Notes: generated by a model from the letters alone, not told the origin. Shown: positions 1-9,136, counted from the first letter of the stretch. The stretch is DNA of 47,083 nt from Candidatus Pacearchaeota archaeon (GCA_023132255.1 JAGLYK010000006.1:1-47083); one strand, 5' to 3'. Translations and numbers: made by a program.

Positions 1-2
1 AA

Positions 3-383
3 GATGTTGAGGGAATTTTTGTGCAGAGGGGTGTGGAAAGATTGTTTTTATTTCAGGGAGATTTTTTGCCAAAGCAAATTTATAATTTAGAAAGAACAAT
101 TCCAATTGAAAGAGTTGGAATTTATTTTGGAAAAATCCAAAATGAAAAAGCAAGATTAAGTATTGAAGGAGTTCATATTTTGAAAAACCAGATAACAAAA
201 AATATTTTTGAACTTGATGAAAAACAGGCAGAACTTTGGATGAAAGGAAATGAACTTGAAATCCAGACAGGGAAAAATGATTTTTTAATTATGAAATATA
301 AAGACAATTTTCTTGGGTGTGGCAAGGCATCAGAATTGAAAATTGGAAATTATGTTCCTAAATCAAGAAGACTTAAAAAATAA
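3..383 (+). CDS. PUA-like / RsmF-NIP7-type RNA-binding domain protein (5'-truncated)
   Basis: Frame is open from the window edge; RLSIEG, W..G, LGCGK and NYVPKSRR motifs resemble the RsmF/NOL1 C-terminal PUA-like domain. Confidence 0.6.
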   Translation, partial: DVEGIFVQRGVERLFLFQGDFLPKQIYNLERTIPIERVGIYFGKIQNEKARLSIEGVHILKNQITKNIFELDEKQAELWMKGNELEIQTGKNDFLIMKYKDNFLGCGKASELKIGNYVPKSRRLKK

Positions 384-400
384 AGAATTCTACTAAAATA

Positions 401-1324
401 ATGAACACTAAAAAAATTCTGGTTGCAGGAAAAATTTCTTCACAAGTCAAAGAATATGCAAGAACATTTATAAAAAAAGATATGCCTCTTTTAGAAATCG
501 CTGAAAAAATAGAAGACAAAATAAAAGAACTTGGAGGGGAATTTGCTTTTCCAACAAATTTAAGCATTAATGAGATTGCTGCACATTATACTCCTTCTTA
601 CGACGACAAAACTCTTGCTCATGGTTTATTAAAAATTGATTTAGGAGTTCATGTTGATGGCTGGATTGCTGACACTGCTTTTTCTTTGGATTTAGAAGAT
701 AATGAGGAAGACTCTCACAAGTTCGGTCTGCATCCTGAAAACAAGTTTCAGAACACAAACAAAAAATTGATTCAGGCAAGTGAAAAAGCTTTAGAAAATG
801 CAATTGAAATTCTTAAAGAAGATATTTTAATAAGCAGTATCGGGGGAAAAATTCAGGAAACAATTGAATCTTATGGGGCTTTGCCAATAGTAAATTTATC
901 AGGGCATGAAATGAAAAAATATGAATTGCATGCAGGAGTTACAATTCCAAATATCAATGATAAAAAAAATATTATTTTAAAAAAAGGGCTTTATGCAATA
1001 GAACCTTTTGCAACTTTTGGAAATGGAAAAGTTCATGATGGAAAACCTTCTGGCATTTATATTTTAATAGACAGCAAAAATGTCAGAAGTCCTATTGCAA
1101 GAGAAGTTCTGGAATTTATTGAAGAAAAATACAAAACACTTCCTTTCTGCTCAAGATGGATTGTAAAAAAGTTTGGGACAAAAGCATTGTTTGGCTTAAG
1201 GCAGTTAGAAGAAAATGGAAATTTACACCAATTCCCGCAACTTGTAGAAACATCGGGAAAACCTGTCAGCCAGACAGAGCAAACTATTTTGATTGATGAT
1301 GAGAAAATTGTGACTACAGAATAA
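401..1324 (+). CDS. map: Methionine aminopeptidase type II
   Basis: AAHYTP, KIDLGVHVDGWIADTA, NLSGH, AIEPFAT motifs; carries an apparent 16-aa insert at 710-757. Confidence 0.95.
   Translation: MNTKKILVAGKISSQVKEYARTFIKKDMPLLEIAEKIEDKIKELGGEFAFPTNLSINEIAAHYTPSYDDKTLAHGLLKIDLGVHVDGWIADTAFSLDLEDNEEDSHKFGLHPENKFQNTNKKLIQASEKALENAIEILKEDILISSIGGKIQETIESYGALPIVNLSGHEMKKYELHAGVTIPNINDKKNIILKKGLYAIEPFATFGNGKVHDGKPSGIYILIDSKNVRSPIAREVLEFIEEKYKTLPFCSRWIVKKFGTKALFGLRQLEENGNLHQFPQLVETSGKPVSQTEQTILIDDEKIVTTE
710..757. repeat. 48-nt in-frame double-hairpin insert in map
   Basis: CTGAAA/TTTCAG and GAC/GTC inverted repeats; DSHKFGLHPENKFQNT interrupts NEE-NKKLI; 10-mer CTCTCACAAG recurs at 17267-17276. 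Confidence 0.55.
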
Positions 1325-1325
1325 A

Positions 1326-1718
1326 TTATTTTTTAGAACCGCCAAGAATTCTTTCAACCACTTTAGCAATATCTACATAAGAAACAGGTTTTATGAAATA
1401 AGCAGAAGCACCATTTCTTAAAGCTTCTTCTCCAATGTCCTCTGCTCCAGCATATATTAATATAAAAGGAATATTTTCAAACCCCTCTTTTCTAGAATAT
1501 CTTTTTATTATTTCATTTCCATTGATACCTGGCATCTCATTATCAGTAAGAACTATTCCAACATTTTTAACATCTTTTTCTAATCTTCCATCAAGAGAAG
1601 TTCCGTCTTCATAAAGTTCAATATCATAATCTGGAAGAAGTTCTTTAAAAAAATCTCCAGCCATATCTCTTAATGATTTTACATCTTCTGCATAAATTAT
1701 TAGTTTATTCTTTTCCAT
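1326..1718 (-). CDS. Stand-alone response-regulator receiver (CheY-like) protein
   Basis: AED acidic pair, LTDNEMPG phospho-Asp motif, GASAYFIKP. Confidence 0.85.
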   Translation of the reverse strand: MEKNKLIIYAEDVKSLRDMAGDFFKELLPDYDIELYEDGTSLDGRLEKDVKNVGIVLTDNEMPGINGNEIIKRYSRKEGFENIPFILIYAGAEDIGEEALRNGASAYFIKPVSYVDIAKVVERILGGSKK

Positions 1719-1773
1719 TGTATATTCATATAAGATTCCTTTTTAAATCTTTCCATTTGTTGTCATTAAGAAG

Positions 1774-4068
1774 TTACCCCAGATAGCTGGTTGCAACAGG
1801 AACAGCTGCCTTGGCAGATTTCAAAAAACTCTCTTCAACTTTCTTGTAAACATCCATTGTTGCTTTAGTCACACTTGGCTTAATTTTCTTTAATGCCTCT
1901 TCAAAATGTTTTTTATTTACCTCTTTGGAATCAATAGATTCTCTCAACGCAAGCATAGCTGCCTCACGAACAAGTGCTTCCAAGTCAGCACCTGTAAAAC
2001 CAACTGTTTTCCTGGCAATTTCCTTAATCTTAACATTTTTAGTCAAAGGCATGTTCTTAGTATGAATCTCTAAAATCATTTTTCTGCCTTCTTCTTCAGG
2101 AGCATTCACCAGCAAAATCCTGTCAAATCTGCCAGGTCTCAACAAAGCAGGGTCAAGCATGTCAGGACGGTTAGTTGCTCCAATAATAAGAATATCATTT
2201 AAATCTTCCAAACCATCTATTTCTGCAAGCATTTGATTTAAAACTCTTTCAGTAACTTTTGTTCCTGTTTCTGCTCCTCTTCGTCCAGCCAAAGAATCAA
2301 TCTCGTCAAAAAACACAACACACGGCGCAACCTGCCGAGCTCTCTCAAAAATCTTTCTCATGCCTTCTTCAGATTTACCAACCCACATGCTCAACAACGA
2401 CGGTCCTTTAACCTGAATAAAATTCGCCTCTGATTCTTTTGCAACTGCCTTTGCCAAAAGTGTCTTCCCTGTTCCAGGCGGCCCAAAAAGTAAAATACCT
2501 CTTGAAGGTCTAATCCCCATTCTCTTAAAACTATCAGGATATTTCATTGGCCATTCAACTGCTTCTTTTAACTCTCCTTTCACATTATCCAAGCCTCCAA
2601 CATCATCCCAATCAATATTCGGTGTCTCAACCAAAACCTCTCTCATTGCCGACGGCCGAACAACCCTAAGAGCATCTGTAAAATCATCTTTGGTCACAAC
2701 CAATTTGGACAAGACTTCTGGAGGAATCTGCTCTTCGCTATCAAGTTTCAACTTAGGAAGAAACTTTCTCAAGACACTCATAGCAGCTTCTTTTGACAAT
2801 GCTTCCAAATCAGCCCCGACAAAACCATGTGTAATAGAAGATATTTCATCTAGTTTAACGTCTTTAGTTAAAGGCATCCCCCGAGTATGAATTTTCAAAA
2901 CAGCGAGCCTCCCCTTTTTATCCGGAACATTAATTATAATTTCCCTGTCAAACCTGCCTGGCCGCCTTAATGCGGAGTCAAGAGCATTAACCCTGTTTGT
3001 CGCTCCAATAACCACAACATTGCCCCTTGACTTCAAACCATCCATCATTGTCAAAATTTGCGACACAACTCTTCTTTCAACCTCGCCGCCAACATCCTCT
3101 CTCTTCGGAGCAATCGCGTCTATCTCGTCAATAAAAATAATTGAAGGTGCGTTTTTCTCTGCCTCTTCAAAAATATCCCTGATTTTTTTCTCTGATTCTC
3201 CATAAAACTTTGACATAATTTCCGGACCGTTCAATAAAATAAAATGCGCCTCAGATTCATTCGCAACTGCCTTTGCCAAAAGTGTCTTCCCTGTTCCGGG
3301 CGGTCCGTGCAACAAAACACCCTTCGGCGGTGCAATTCCCAACTTCTGAAAAATTTCAGGATGCTTTATTGGAAGTTCAACCATTTCACGAATTTTCTTA
3401 ATCTCCTCTGAAAGCCCACCAATATCTTCATAATTAATTTCAGGTACACTATCTTCGCTAATTTCAACTGCCTTGGGATTCAAAATAACTTCTGTGTTCT
3501 CTGTGATGATAACCGGTTGATTAGGATTAGTTGACACAACCAAAAACTTAATCTGCGCAACACCCCCCCCTAAATTTCCAAAACCTAAATTCCCTAACAT
3601 GCCTCCAAGCATGTCGTTAAAGTCACCAAAATCATCTGACAATAAATCCTGTCTTCTTTGCACGCCTCCCAAAACAACAAGATCTCCTTTTAAAGTCGCC
3701 CGCCCCAAAAGTCCTCTTCTCAAACTTTCAGGATCTCCCTGAACCATAATTCCTTTCTGAGCAGGCGCAATCGTAACTTTTTTTGCCTCTTTAATATCGA
3801 CCTTGGAAACCTCAACAACATCTCCCAAACTTGTTTTTGCATTTCTTCTAAGAATACCATCAATCCTGATAATGCCCTCGCCAACATCAGCAGGATATGC
3901 CCTGTCAGCAATCGCAACAGTCGCACGATTACCATTAATTATAATCACATCCCCTCGCTGAACCCCTAACTCTTTCATTAACTCATAATCCAGCCGAGCA
4001 ATACCTTTGTAAACATCGTCCTGCTGAGCCTCAACAACTTTCAATTGAATTTTCTTTTTTTCTGCCAT
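1774..4068 (-). CDS. cdc48: CDC48/VCP-family AAA+ ATPase
   Basis: N-domain plus two AAA modules (GPPGTGKT twice, FIDEID/FFDEID, RPGRFDR). Confidence 0.97.
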   Translation of the reverse strand: MAEKKKIQLKVVEAQQDDVYKGIARLDYELMKELGVQRGDVIIINGNRATVAIADRAYPADVGEGIIRIDGILRRNAKTSLGDVVEVSKVDIKEAKKVTIAPAQKGIMVQGDPESLRRGLLGRATLKGDLVVLGGVQRRQDLLSDDFGDFNDMLGGMLGNLGFGNLGGGVAQIKFLVVSTNPNQPVIITENTEVILNPKAVEISEDSVPEINYEDIGGLSEEIKKIREMVELPIKHPEIFQKLGIAPPKGVLLHGPPGTGKTLLAKAVANESEAHFILLNGPEIMSKFYGESEKKIRDIFEEAEKNAPSIIFIDEIDAIAPKREDVGGEVERRVVSQILTMMDGLKSRGNVVVIGATNRVNALDSALRRPGRFDREIIINVPDKKGRLAVLKIHTRGMPLTKDVKLDEISSITHGFVGADLEALSKEAAMSVLRKFLPKLKLDSEEQIPPEVLSKLVVTKDDFTDALRVVRPSAMREVLVETPNIDWDDVGGLDNVKGELKEAVEWPMKYPDSFKRMGIRPSRGILLFGPPGTGKTLLAKAVAKESEANFIQVKGPSLLSMWVGKSEEGMRKIFERARQVAPCVVFFDEIDSLAGRRGAETGTKVTERVLNQMLAEIDGLEDLNDILIIGATNRPDMLDPALLRPGRFDRILLVNAPEEEGRKMILEIHTKNMPLTKNVKIKEIARKTVGFTGADLEALVREAAMLALRESIDSKEVNKKHFEEALKKIKPSVTKATMDVYKKVEESFLKSAKAAVPVATSYLG

Positions 4069-4069
4069 T

Positions 4070-4615
4070 TTAATTTTTATTAGAGAATTGTGATTTCACA
4101 ATTGCGTCTCTTAATTGTTTATATTTTGATTTTTGTAATTCTAATGCTGCGTTTTTTCCTTGATATATCTTTAGGGGATTATTGAAATTAATTTTTAAAC
4201 TTTTCTCATTTTCATCAAAAACCTCTAAATGTAAATGTGGAGAGGATGTGTATCCAATCATTCCAATTCCTTTTGCAATTGGCTGTCCTTTTTTAACTTT
4301 ATCATTTTTTTTAACAAGAGAAGAATTTGGTAATAGATGGAAATATTGTGAATATTCGTCATTATCATGTTTAATTGTAATATAATTTTGATATTTTAAT
4401 GCACCAAATTTTTCATTATTGCCCCCAACTTTAGAATTGTCTTTTACATTATGGACTGTTCCTTTTGCAATCGCCAAAATTTTAGTATTTGGTTTAATTA
4501 AAAAGTCAATTGCATGTTCATTGTTTAATTTTTTTGAATGAACTTCTGGATTTGAAACTGCAAGAGTCAGAGTATCTTTCTTAAAAGGCAGTGAGTAAAT
4601 ATTTTTTGTTTTCAT
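4070..4615 (-). CDS. M23-family metallopeptidase
   Basis: HAID (HxxxD-type), YFHL, V..GQ.I, G..GYTSSPHLHLEV motifs. Confidence 0.85.
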   Translation of the reverse strand: MKTKNIYSLPFKKDTLTLAVSNPEVHSKKLNNEHAIDFLIKPNTKILAIAKGTVHNVKDNSKVGGNNEKFGALKYQNYITIKHDNDEYSQYFHLLPNSSLVKKNDKVKKGQPIAKGIGMIGYTSSPHLHLEVFDENEKSLKINFNNPLKIYQGKNAALELQKSKYKQLRDAIVKSQFSNKN

Positions 4616-4953
4616 AGTCTATTAAAATTTAAACTTAACCTCCCCATTTCTTCAAAACATAATTTTACCATATCATCCATTTCTCTTTCCTGCTGATTCA
4701 TAAACAAAACAATTTCCTTTGGAATAGACACGGCATAACTGTTTCCAACCAACCTCATCTTAACATTAAATTCTTTATTTTTTAAATTTATAAATTTATT
4801 GTACTCTTGTTCATCAACAGGATGAATAATTTTCTCGTCGCACTTTGGGCAAATCACAGCCCTGAACAAAAATCCTCTCTTTGCTATTTTTGCTTTTTTC
4901 ATTTTTGCATTGCATTTTTTGCAGAGGATTGTGTTGTCAAATATGTCTGCCAT
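4612..4953 (-). CDS. Zn-ribbon + AbrB/SpoVT-like DNA-binding protein
   Basis: CKKC...CPKC followed by KMRLVGNSYAVSIPKEI. Confidence 0.8.
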   Translation of the reverse strand: MADIFDNTILCKKCNAKMKKAKIAKRGFLFRAVICPKCDEKIIHPVDEQEYNKFINLKNKEFNVKMRLVGNSYAVSIPKEIVLFMNQQEREMDDMVKLCFEEMGRLSLNFNRL

Positions 4954-5058
4954 TCAAAAGACACCTCGCGGTTTCTTTTGTAAACTTCCCTTCCTGTTCT
5001 GGTGGGCGATTTCTTTACATATTTCGATGGAAATCACATGATTTAATTTATTTATCAT
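4954..5058 (-). CDS. Putative 34-aa upstream ORF coupled to the AbrB-like gene
   Basis: MINKLNHVISIEICKEIAHQNRKGSLQKKPRGVF; its TGA directly abuts the next ATG; not in the ORF track. Confidence 0.35.
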   Translation of the reverse strand: MINKLNHVISIEICKEIAHQNRKGSLQKKPRGVF

Positions 5059-5110
5059 TTTTCTTTATCAATATAAAACCACGCTTTTGGTGTGGCTGGG
5101 TTGAAAGAAG

Positions 5111-5166
5111 GTGTACAGAAATGTATACCTTACGTGTATACACAACAAGTGTATACTATTTAAAGT
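5111..5166 (-). promoter_or_regulatory. TATA box followed by tandem GTATAC palindromes (putative operator)
   Basis: GTATAC at 5123, 5136 and 5151 plus GTGTAC at 5111, just downstream of a minus-strand TTTAAATA. Confidence 0.5.
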
Positions 5167-5213
5167 TTTTGGTAATCATACATTTTAAAAACTATATTTT
5201 TCTAAACTATTTA

Positions 5214-5843
5214 ATGATTAAAAAGAGTGATTTGAAAAAATTTTGGGATAGATTTATTTTCATAGTCTGGAAAGACGACAGCCCAAAAGGTTGGCTTATT
5301 TCAGTAATTTTTATTTTCATTGTAATAAAATTTATATTTTTTCCAACCTTGAGTTTTGTAACAGGAACTTCTCTTCCTTTGGCAATTGTTGAATCCTGTA
5401 GCATGTACCATGATGGAAATTTATTGTCTAATTTTGACAACTGGTGGGGAAACCACGAATCAAAATACTCAGAGCAGATAATAAACAAATTAGATTTTCA
5501 GGATTTCATATTTAAAAATGGTTTTAATAAAGGAGATATTTTATTTATTGTAGAAGCAAAACCAGAAAAATTAGAAGTTGGTGATGTAATAATTTTTCAA
5601 TCAAACCAAAGAAATCCAATAATCCACAGAATAATTGAAATTAAAAAAGAAAACAATGAATATCTTTTTTCAACAATAGGGGATAATAATAACCAACAAT
5701 TAATTTTTGAGAAAAATATTGAAGAAGAACAATTAATAGGAAAAGCTGTTTTCAAAATTGCTCCTTATATTGGTTGGGGTAAATTAATATTTTACGAATA
5801 TGCAAAACCTAAATCAGAAAGAGGGTTATGTCAAGAGAATTAG
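5214..5843 (+). CDS. Signal peptidase I (S26, archaeal/ER type)
   Basis: TM helix, then VESCSMYH (Ser), KGDIL, GDVIIF, IIHRII (His); start reassigned from 4881 to the in-frame ATG at 5214. Confidence 0.85.
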   Translation: MIKKSDLKKFWDRFIFIVWKDDSPKGWLISVIFIFIVIKFIFFPTLSFVTGTSLPLAIVESCSMYHDGNLLSNFDNWWGNHESKYSEQIINKLDFQDFIFKNGFNKGDILFIVEAKPEKLEVGDVIIFQSNQRNPIIHRIIEIKKENNEYLFSTIGDNNNQQLIFEKNIEEEQLIGKAVFKIAPYIGWGKLIFYEYAKPKSERGLCQEN

Positions 5844-5877
5844 GAAAGTTTTTAAAGAGGTTTAATTAAAATATAAA

Positions 5878-6186
5878 ATGCAATTCTGTCCAAAGTGCGG
5901 CACAATTCTCATGCAAAAGAGAAAGAATTTCGGATGCCCGAGATGTAATTATTCTACTAAAGAAAAAATAAAAATAATTTCTTCTGAAAAAATAGACGAG
6001 AGAAAAGAAGTTGCAGTGATTAGGGAAAAAGACATTGATGTCAGACCAATCACAACAGAAAAATGCGTGAAGTGCCCAAATGATAAGGCATATTTCTGGA
6101 CTGTTCAGGCACGGGCAGCAGATGAAGCAGAAACAAAATTCTTTCAGTGCACAAAATGCGGGCACACTATTAAGGACACTACTTAA
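5878..6186 (+). CDS. tfs: Transcription factor S
   Basis: FCPKCG N-terminal ribbon; QARAADEAETKFFQCTKCGH C-terminal ribbon with acidic DE hairpin. Confidence 0.9.
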   Translation: MQFCPKCGTILMQKRKNFGCPRCNYSTKEKIKIISSEKIDERKEVAVIREKDIDVRPITTEKCVKCPNDKAYFWTVQARAADEAETKFFQCTKCGHTIKDTT

Positions 6187-6509
6187 GAATCTTTTCCGAC
6201 TCTTTCTGAAAACCCACACTTACCGCATTTAACTAAAAATAAATTATCTTCGTCAGAATAAGAAATTCCTAAATCTAAAACTTGTGCTTTGTCATAACCA
6301 CACTTTGAACATTTATGTTCATAAGTCGCAAAAATATTTTCGTCTTTAGAAATACCTTTTCCAACTTTTTCTTTTTTAGGAATATTTTCACGCGAAGTTA
6401 AATCTGTGTTTGACTCAAAACCGCACTTAGAACATTTCAAGAAAACTTCCCCATTTTTTTTCTGGGGGCTTAGTAAAGTTTTACATTTCTGGCAAAACTT
6501 TAATGTCAT
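6183..6509 (-). CDS. TFS/RpoM-like paralogue (two Zn ribbons)
   Basis: FCQKC...CSKCG and CSKCG...SYSDED...CGKCG. Confidence 0.75.
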   Translation of the reverse strand: MTLKFCQKCKTLLSPQKKNGEVFLKCSKCGFESNTDLTSRENIPKKEKVGKGISKDENIFATYEHKCSKCGYDKAQVLDLGISYSDEDNLFLVKCGKCGFSERVGKDS

Positions 6510-6556
6510 TGTTTTTCTAAAAAGAGATAATTTAAAAAAGTTTCTATAATTATTAA

Positions 6557-6873
6557 TGGCCCTGGAGGGATTTCTTTATCTCCCGACTTCACACGGGTTA
6601 TTTATTTTAAATTTACTCCCTACCACGAAATCGCTCGACCCCCGAGATTAAATCTATTTGAATTTACCTGACTTGAAATCCAAAAGAATAAAAGGGATTT
6701 GCAATCCCTTATATGGCCCTGGAGGGATTTCTTGCTCCCACACGCACTTGTTTATAACATTCGCTTTGCTCACAAATACATGCAAGTGCGAATGCTCGAC
6801 CCCCGAGAACTAAATATTAAAATTTACCTGACTTGAAATCCAAGAATTAAATGCTATCTGGCGATAGCATAAA
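6557..6873 (-). repeat. Two tandem tRNA-derived repeat units (157 and 160 bp)
   Basis: TGGCCCTGGAGGGATTT at 6557, 6714 and 6874 (tRNA 3' end); shared blocks GCTCGACCCCCGAGA and AATTTACCTGACTTGAAATCCAA; variable hairpins between blocks. Confidence 0.92.
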
Positions 6874-6948
6874 TGGCCCTGGAGGGATTTGAACCCCCGA
6901 CACCTAGATTAAGAGTCTAGTGCTCTAACCAAGCTGAGCTACAGAGCC
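6874..6948 (-). tRNA. tRNA-Lys (CUU)
   Basis: Acceptor GGCTCTG/CAGGGCC-A; anticodon arm CTAGA-CT CTT AA-TCTAG; T arm GGGGG-TTCAAAT-CCCTC; no encoded CCA. Confidence 0.95.
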
Positions 6949-6983
6949 ATAAATACTTAATCAAAATTAACTTTAAATATTTT

Positions 6984-8576
6984 TCATAAACCTTTTCTTT
7001 TCAAAGCAGCTTCAACTAAACCTTTAAACAAAGGAGCAGGTTTTAACAAACTACTTTTTAATTCAGGGTGTGCCTGGGTTGCAGCAAAATAAAGGTGCTC
7101 GTTTTTTGGCAATTCAATAAACTCTACAAGTTTTCCATCAGGGGACATTCCCGAAAAAATCATTCCCTTCTCCTGAAGAATTTCGTGATACTCTGGATTA
7201 ACTTCATATCTATGCCTGTGTCGTTCTGAAATTTCTTTAAAACCATATAAAGAATGCACCAATGAATCTTCTTTAATAATTGCGGGATAAGCACCAAGCC
7301 GCATTGTCCCACCTTTATTTATAATATTCTTCTGCTCTTCTAAAATTGTGATTACTGGATTAGAGCAATCTTTAACAATTTCTGTAGTGTTTGCTCCCTC
7401 TAAACCGCAAACATTTCTTGCAAATTCAATTACTGCCAACTGCAATCCCAGGCAAATTCCTAAAAAAGGGATTTTGTTTTCCCTGCAATGCTGGATAATT
7501 TTTATCTTGCCTTCTATCCCTCTTGAACCAAATCCCCCAGGAACAATAACTCCGGAAACTTTTTCCAAATCAAAATGATTTTCTTCTGTGTTAATCCATT
7601 TAATATTAATTTTAGTTGAAAAATGAGCCATGCAGTGCTTCAATGCTTCAACAATACTTGCATAAGAATCCTCAAGAGATGTATACTTTCCTGCAATTGC
7701 AATAGTTATTTCCTTATCTGCATTCTCGCGATTTCTGATAAATTCTTTCCATTTTTCCAAATTAGGATGCACTGCCAAATTTAATTTCCTGGCTAATAAT
7801 TGAGACAAACCCTGCTCTTCAAAAACAAGAGGAATTTTGTAAACATCATCCACATCAATTCCGGTAATTATTTCTTCTTCAATAAGATTACTTGTTGCAG
7901 CAATTTTTCTTTTTATATTAGGGCTTAACAGCTCACTGCATCTGGCAATAATAATATTTGGCTCAATCCCTTTCTGCCTTAATAATCCAAGACTTTGTTG
8001 AGTTGGTTTTGATTTTTGCTCGTCAACTCCTGAGGGAATTGGAACATAGGTTAAATGCACAAATAAAATATTATCTTTCCCGACATCTCTCCTGAGAGAC
8101 CTGACAGCATCAATATAAAGTTCATTTTCCATATCTCCGATTGTTCCTCCGATTTCTATTAACATAATGTCTGCTTTGTTTTCCTCGCCAATGCGGACAA
8201 AATAATTTTTAATAAAATCAGAAACATGGGGAATCATCTGAACAGTCTGCCCTAAATAATCTCCTCGTCTTTCTTTTTCTCTGACTTCCTTGAACACTTT
8301 TCCCATGGTTAAATTCCAGTCAGATTTACAACTCACTCCTAAATATCTTTCATAATGCCCGAAATCCATGTCCACTTCTCCCCCGTCATCTAAAACAAAA
8401 ACCTCTCCGTGTTCTATAGGGTTCATTGTTCCGGGGTCAACATTGAGGTATCCATCGCATTTGATTGGGACGACTTTGTATTTTGATGCGAGAAGACTTC
8501 CGATGCTTGCGATTGCAATACCCTTGCCAAGACCGCTCAAAACACCGCCGGTAATTACAATATATTTCCTCTTCAT
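6984..8576 (-). CDS. pyrG: CTP synthase
   Basis: GGVLSGLGKG, DGYLNVDPGTM, KSKPTQ, GICLG, RHRHRYE, HPE. Confidence 0.97.
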   Translation of the reverse strand: MKRKYIVITGGVLSGLGKGIAIASIGSLLASKYKVVPIKCDGYLNVDPGTMNPIEHGEVFVLDDGGEVDMDFGHYERYLGVSCKSDWNLTMGKVFKEVREKERRGDYLGQTVQMIPHVSDFIKNYFVRIGEENKADIMLIEIGGTIGDMENELYIDAVRSLRRDVGKDNILFVHLTYVPIPSGVDEQKSKPTQQSLGLLRQKGIEPNIIIARCSELLSPNIKRKIAATSNLIEEEIITGIDVDDVYKIPLVFEEQGLSQLLARKLNLAVHPNLEKWKEFIRNRENADKEITIAIAGKYTSLEDSYASIVEALKHCMAHFSTKINIKWINTEENHFDLEKVSGVIVPGGFGSRGIEGKIKIIQHCRENKIPFLGICLGLQLAVIEFARNVCGLEGANTTEIVKDCSNPVITILEEQKNIINKGGTMRLGAYPAIIKEDSLVHSLYGFKEISERHRHRYEVNPEYHEILQEKGMIFSGMSPDGKLVEFIELPKNEHLYFAATQAHPELKSSLLKPAPLFKGLVEAALKRKGL

Positions 8577-8681
8577 CAGATTTTCAAGAACAACCTGCTT
8601 TTAAATTATATTATACCAGAGAAGCTATTTCATACTGCATACTCTATTTTCAGAATTCTTCATATTCAGGGGCGGTAGATT

Positions 8682-8948
8682 TTATTTAATCAAATTTTGT
8701 ATATTTTCAATCGCGTCTGCAACTTCTCTGCCTTTCTTTGTCAGCTGTATAATTTTTATTCGCCCCTTTTTTTCGAATTCAACTAACTTCAGCAACTCGA
8801 GAGTCTGCAGAATTTTCACTGCATGGCTGTAAGTGCAATCCACTTCCTTAGCCAACACACTACCATACCTCATCCTTGTGTTCTTTCTCAAAGAAACCAG
8901 CATCATCGCCGGCTTTCTCCTAAAAAAGATATCTAAATTGTCTTTCAT
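8682..8948 (-). CDS. Winged-HTH transcriptional regulator
   Basis: LAKEVDCTYSHAVKIL helix-turn-helix plus KKGR..LT.KG wing. Confidence 0.8.
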   Translation of the reverse strand: MKDNLDIFFRRKPAMMLVSLRKNTRMRYGSVLAKEVDCTYSHAVKILQTLELLKLVEFEKKGRIKIIQLTKKGREVADAIENIQNLIK

Positions 8949-9136
8949 CTTAGGTATTCCAATGTATATATCCAGAAAGTGATATCCTTATAAATGTTTT
9001 GGAATATATATTTTCCACCACCATAGTAGTGAATTTCAGAAGTTTTATTAATTAAAAAAACATTTAATTATCATGAAAAAGAAAAGCAAATCAATACCTC
9101 AGGAGGCATAAAAGATTTTCATTTGCACTTTTTAAA

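Noticed and set aside
4881-5213. N-terminal extension of the signal peptidase ORF
   Set aside because: TTG start overlaps the opposite-strand gene and promoter; homology-like sequence begins at ATG 5214.
6557-6873. Functional intron-containing or split tRNA genes
   Set aside because: No 5' acceptor strand able to pair with CAGGGCC, no intact anticodon arm, and no convincing bulge-helix-bulge found by eye.
6557-6890. CRISPR array
   Set aside because: Period is ~158 bp, the repeat is the tRNA 3' end, spacers contain further conserved blocks, and no cas gene is in the window.
6557-6890. attL/attR of an integrated virus or island
   Set aside because: The duplicated tRNA ends are only ~158 bp apart and no integrase or cargo gene is present; a historical link cannot be excluded.
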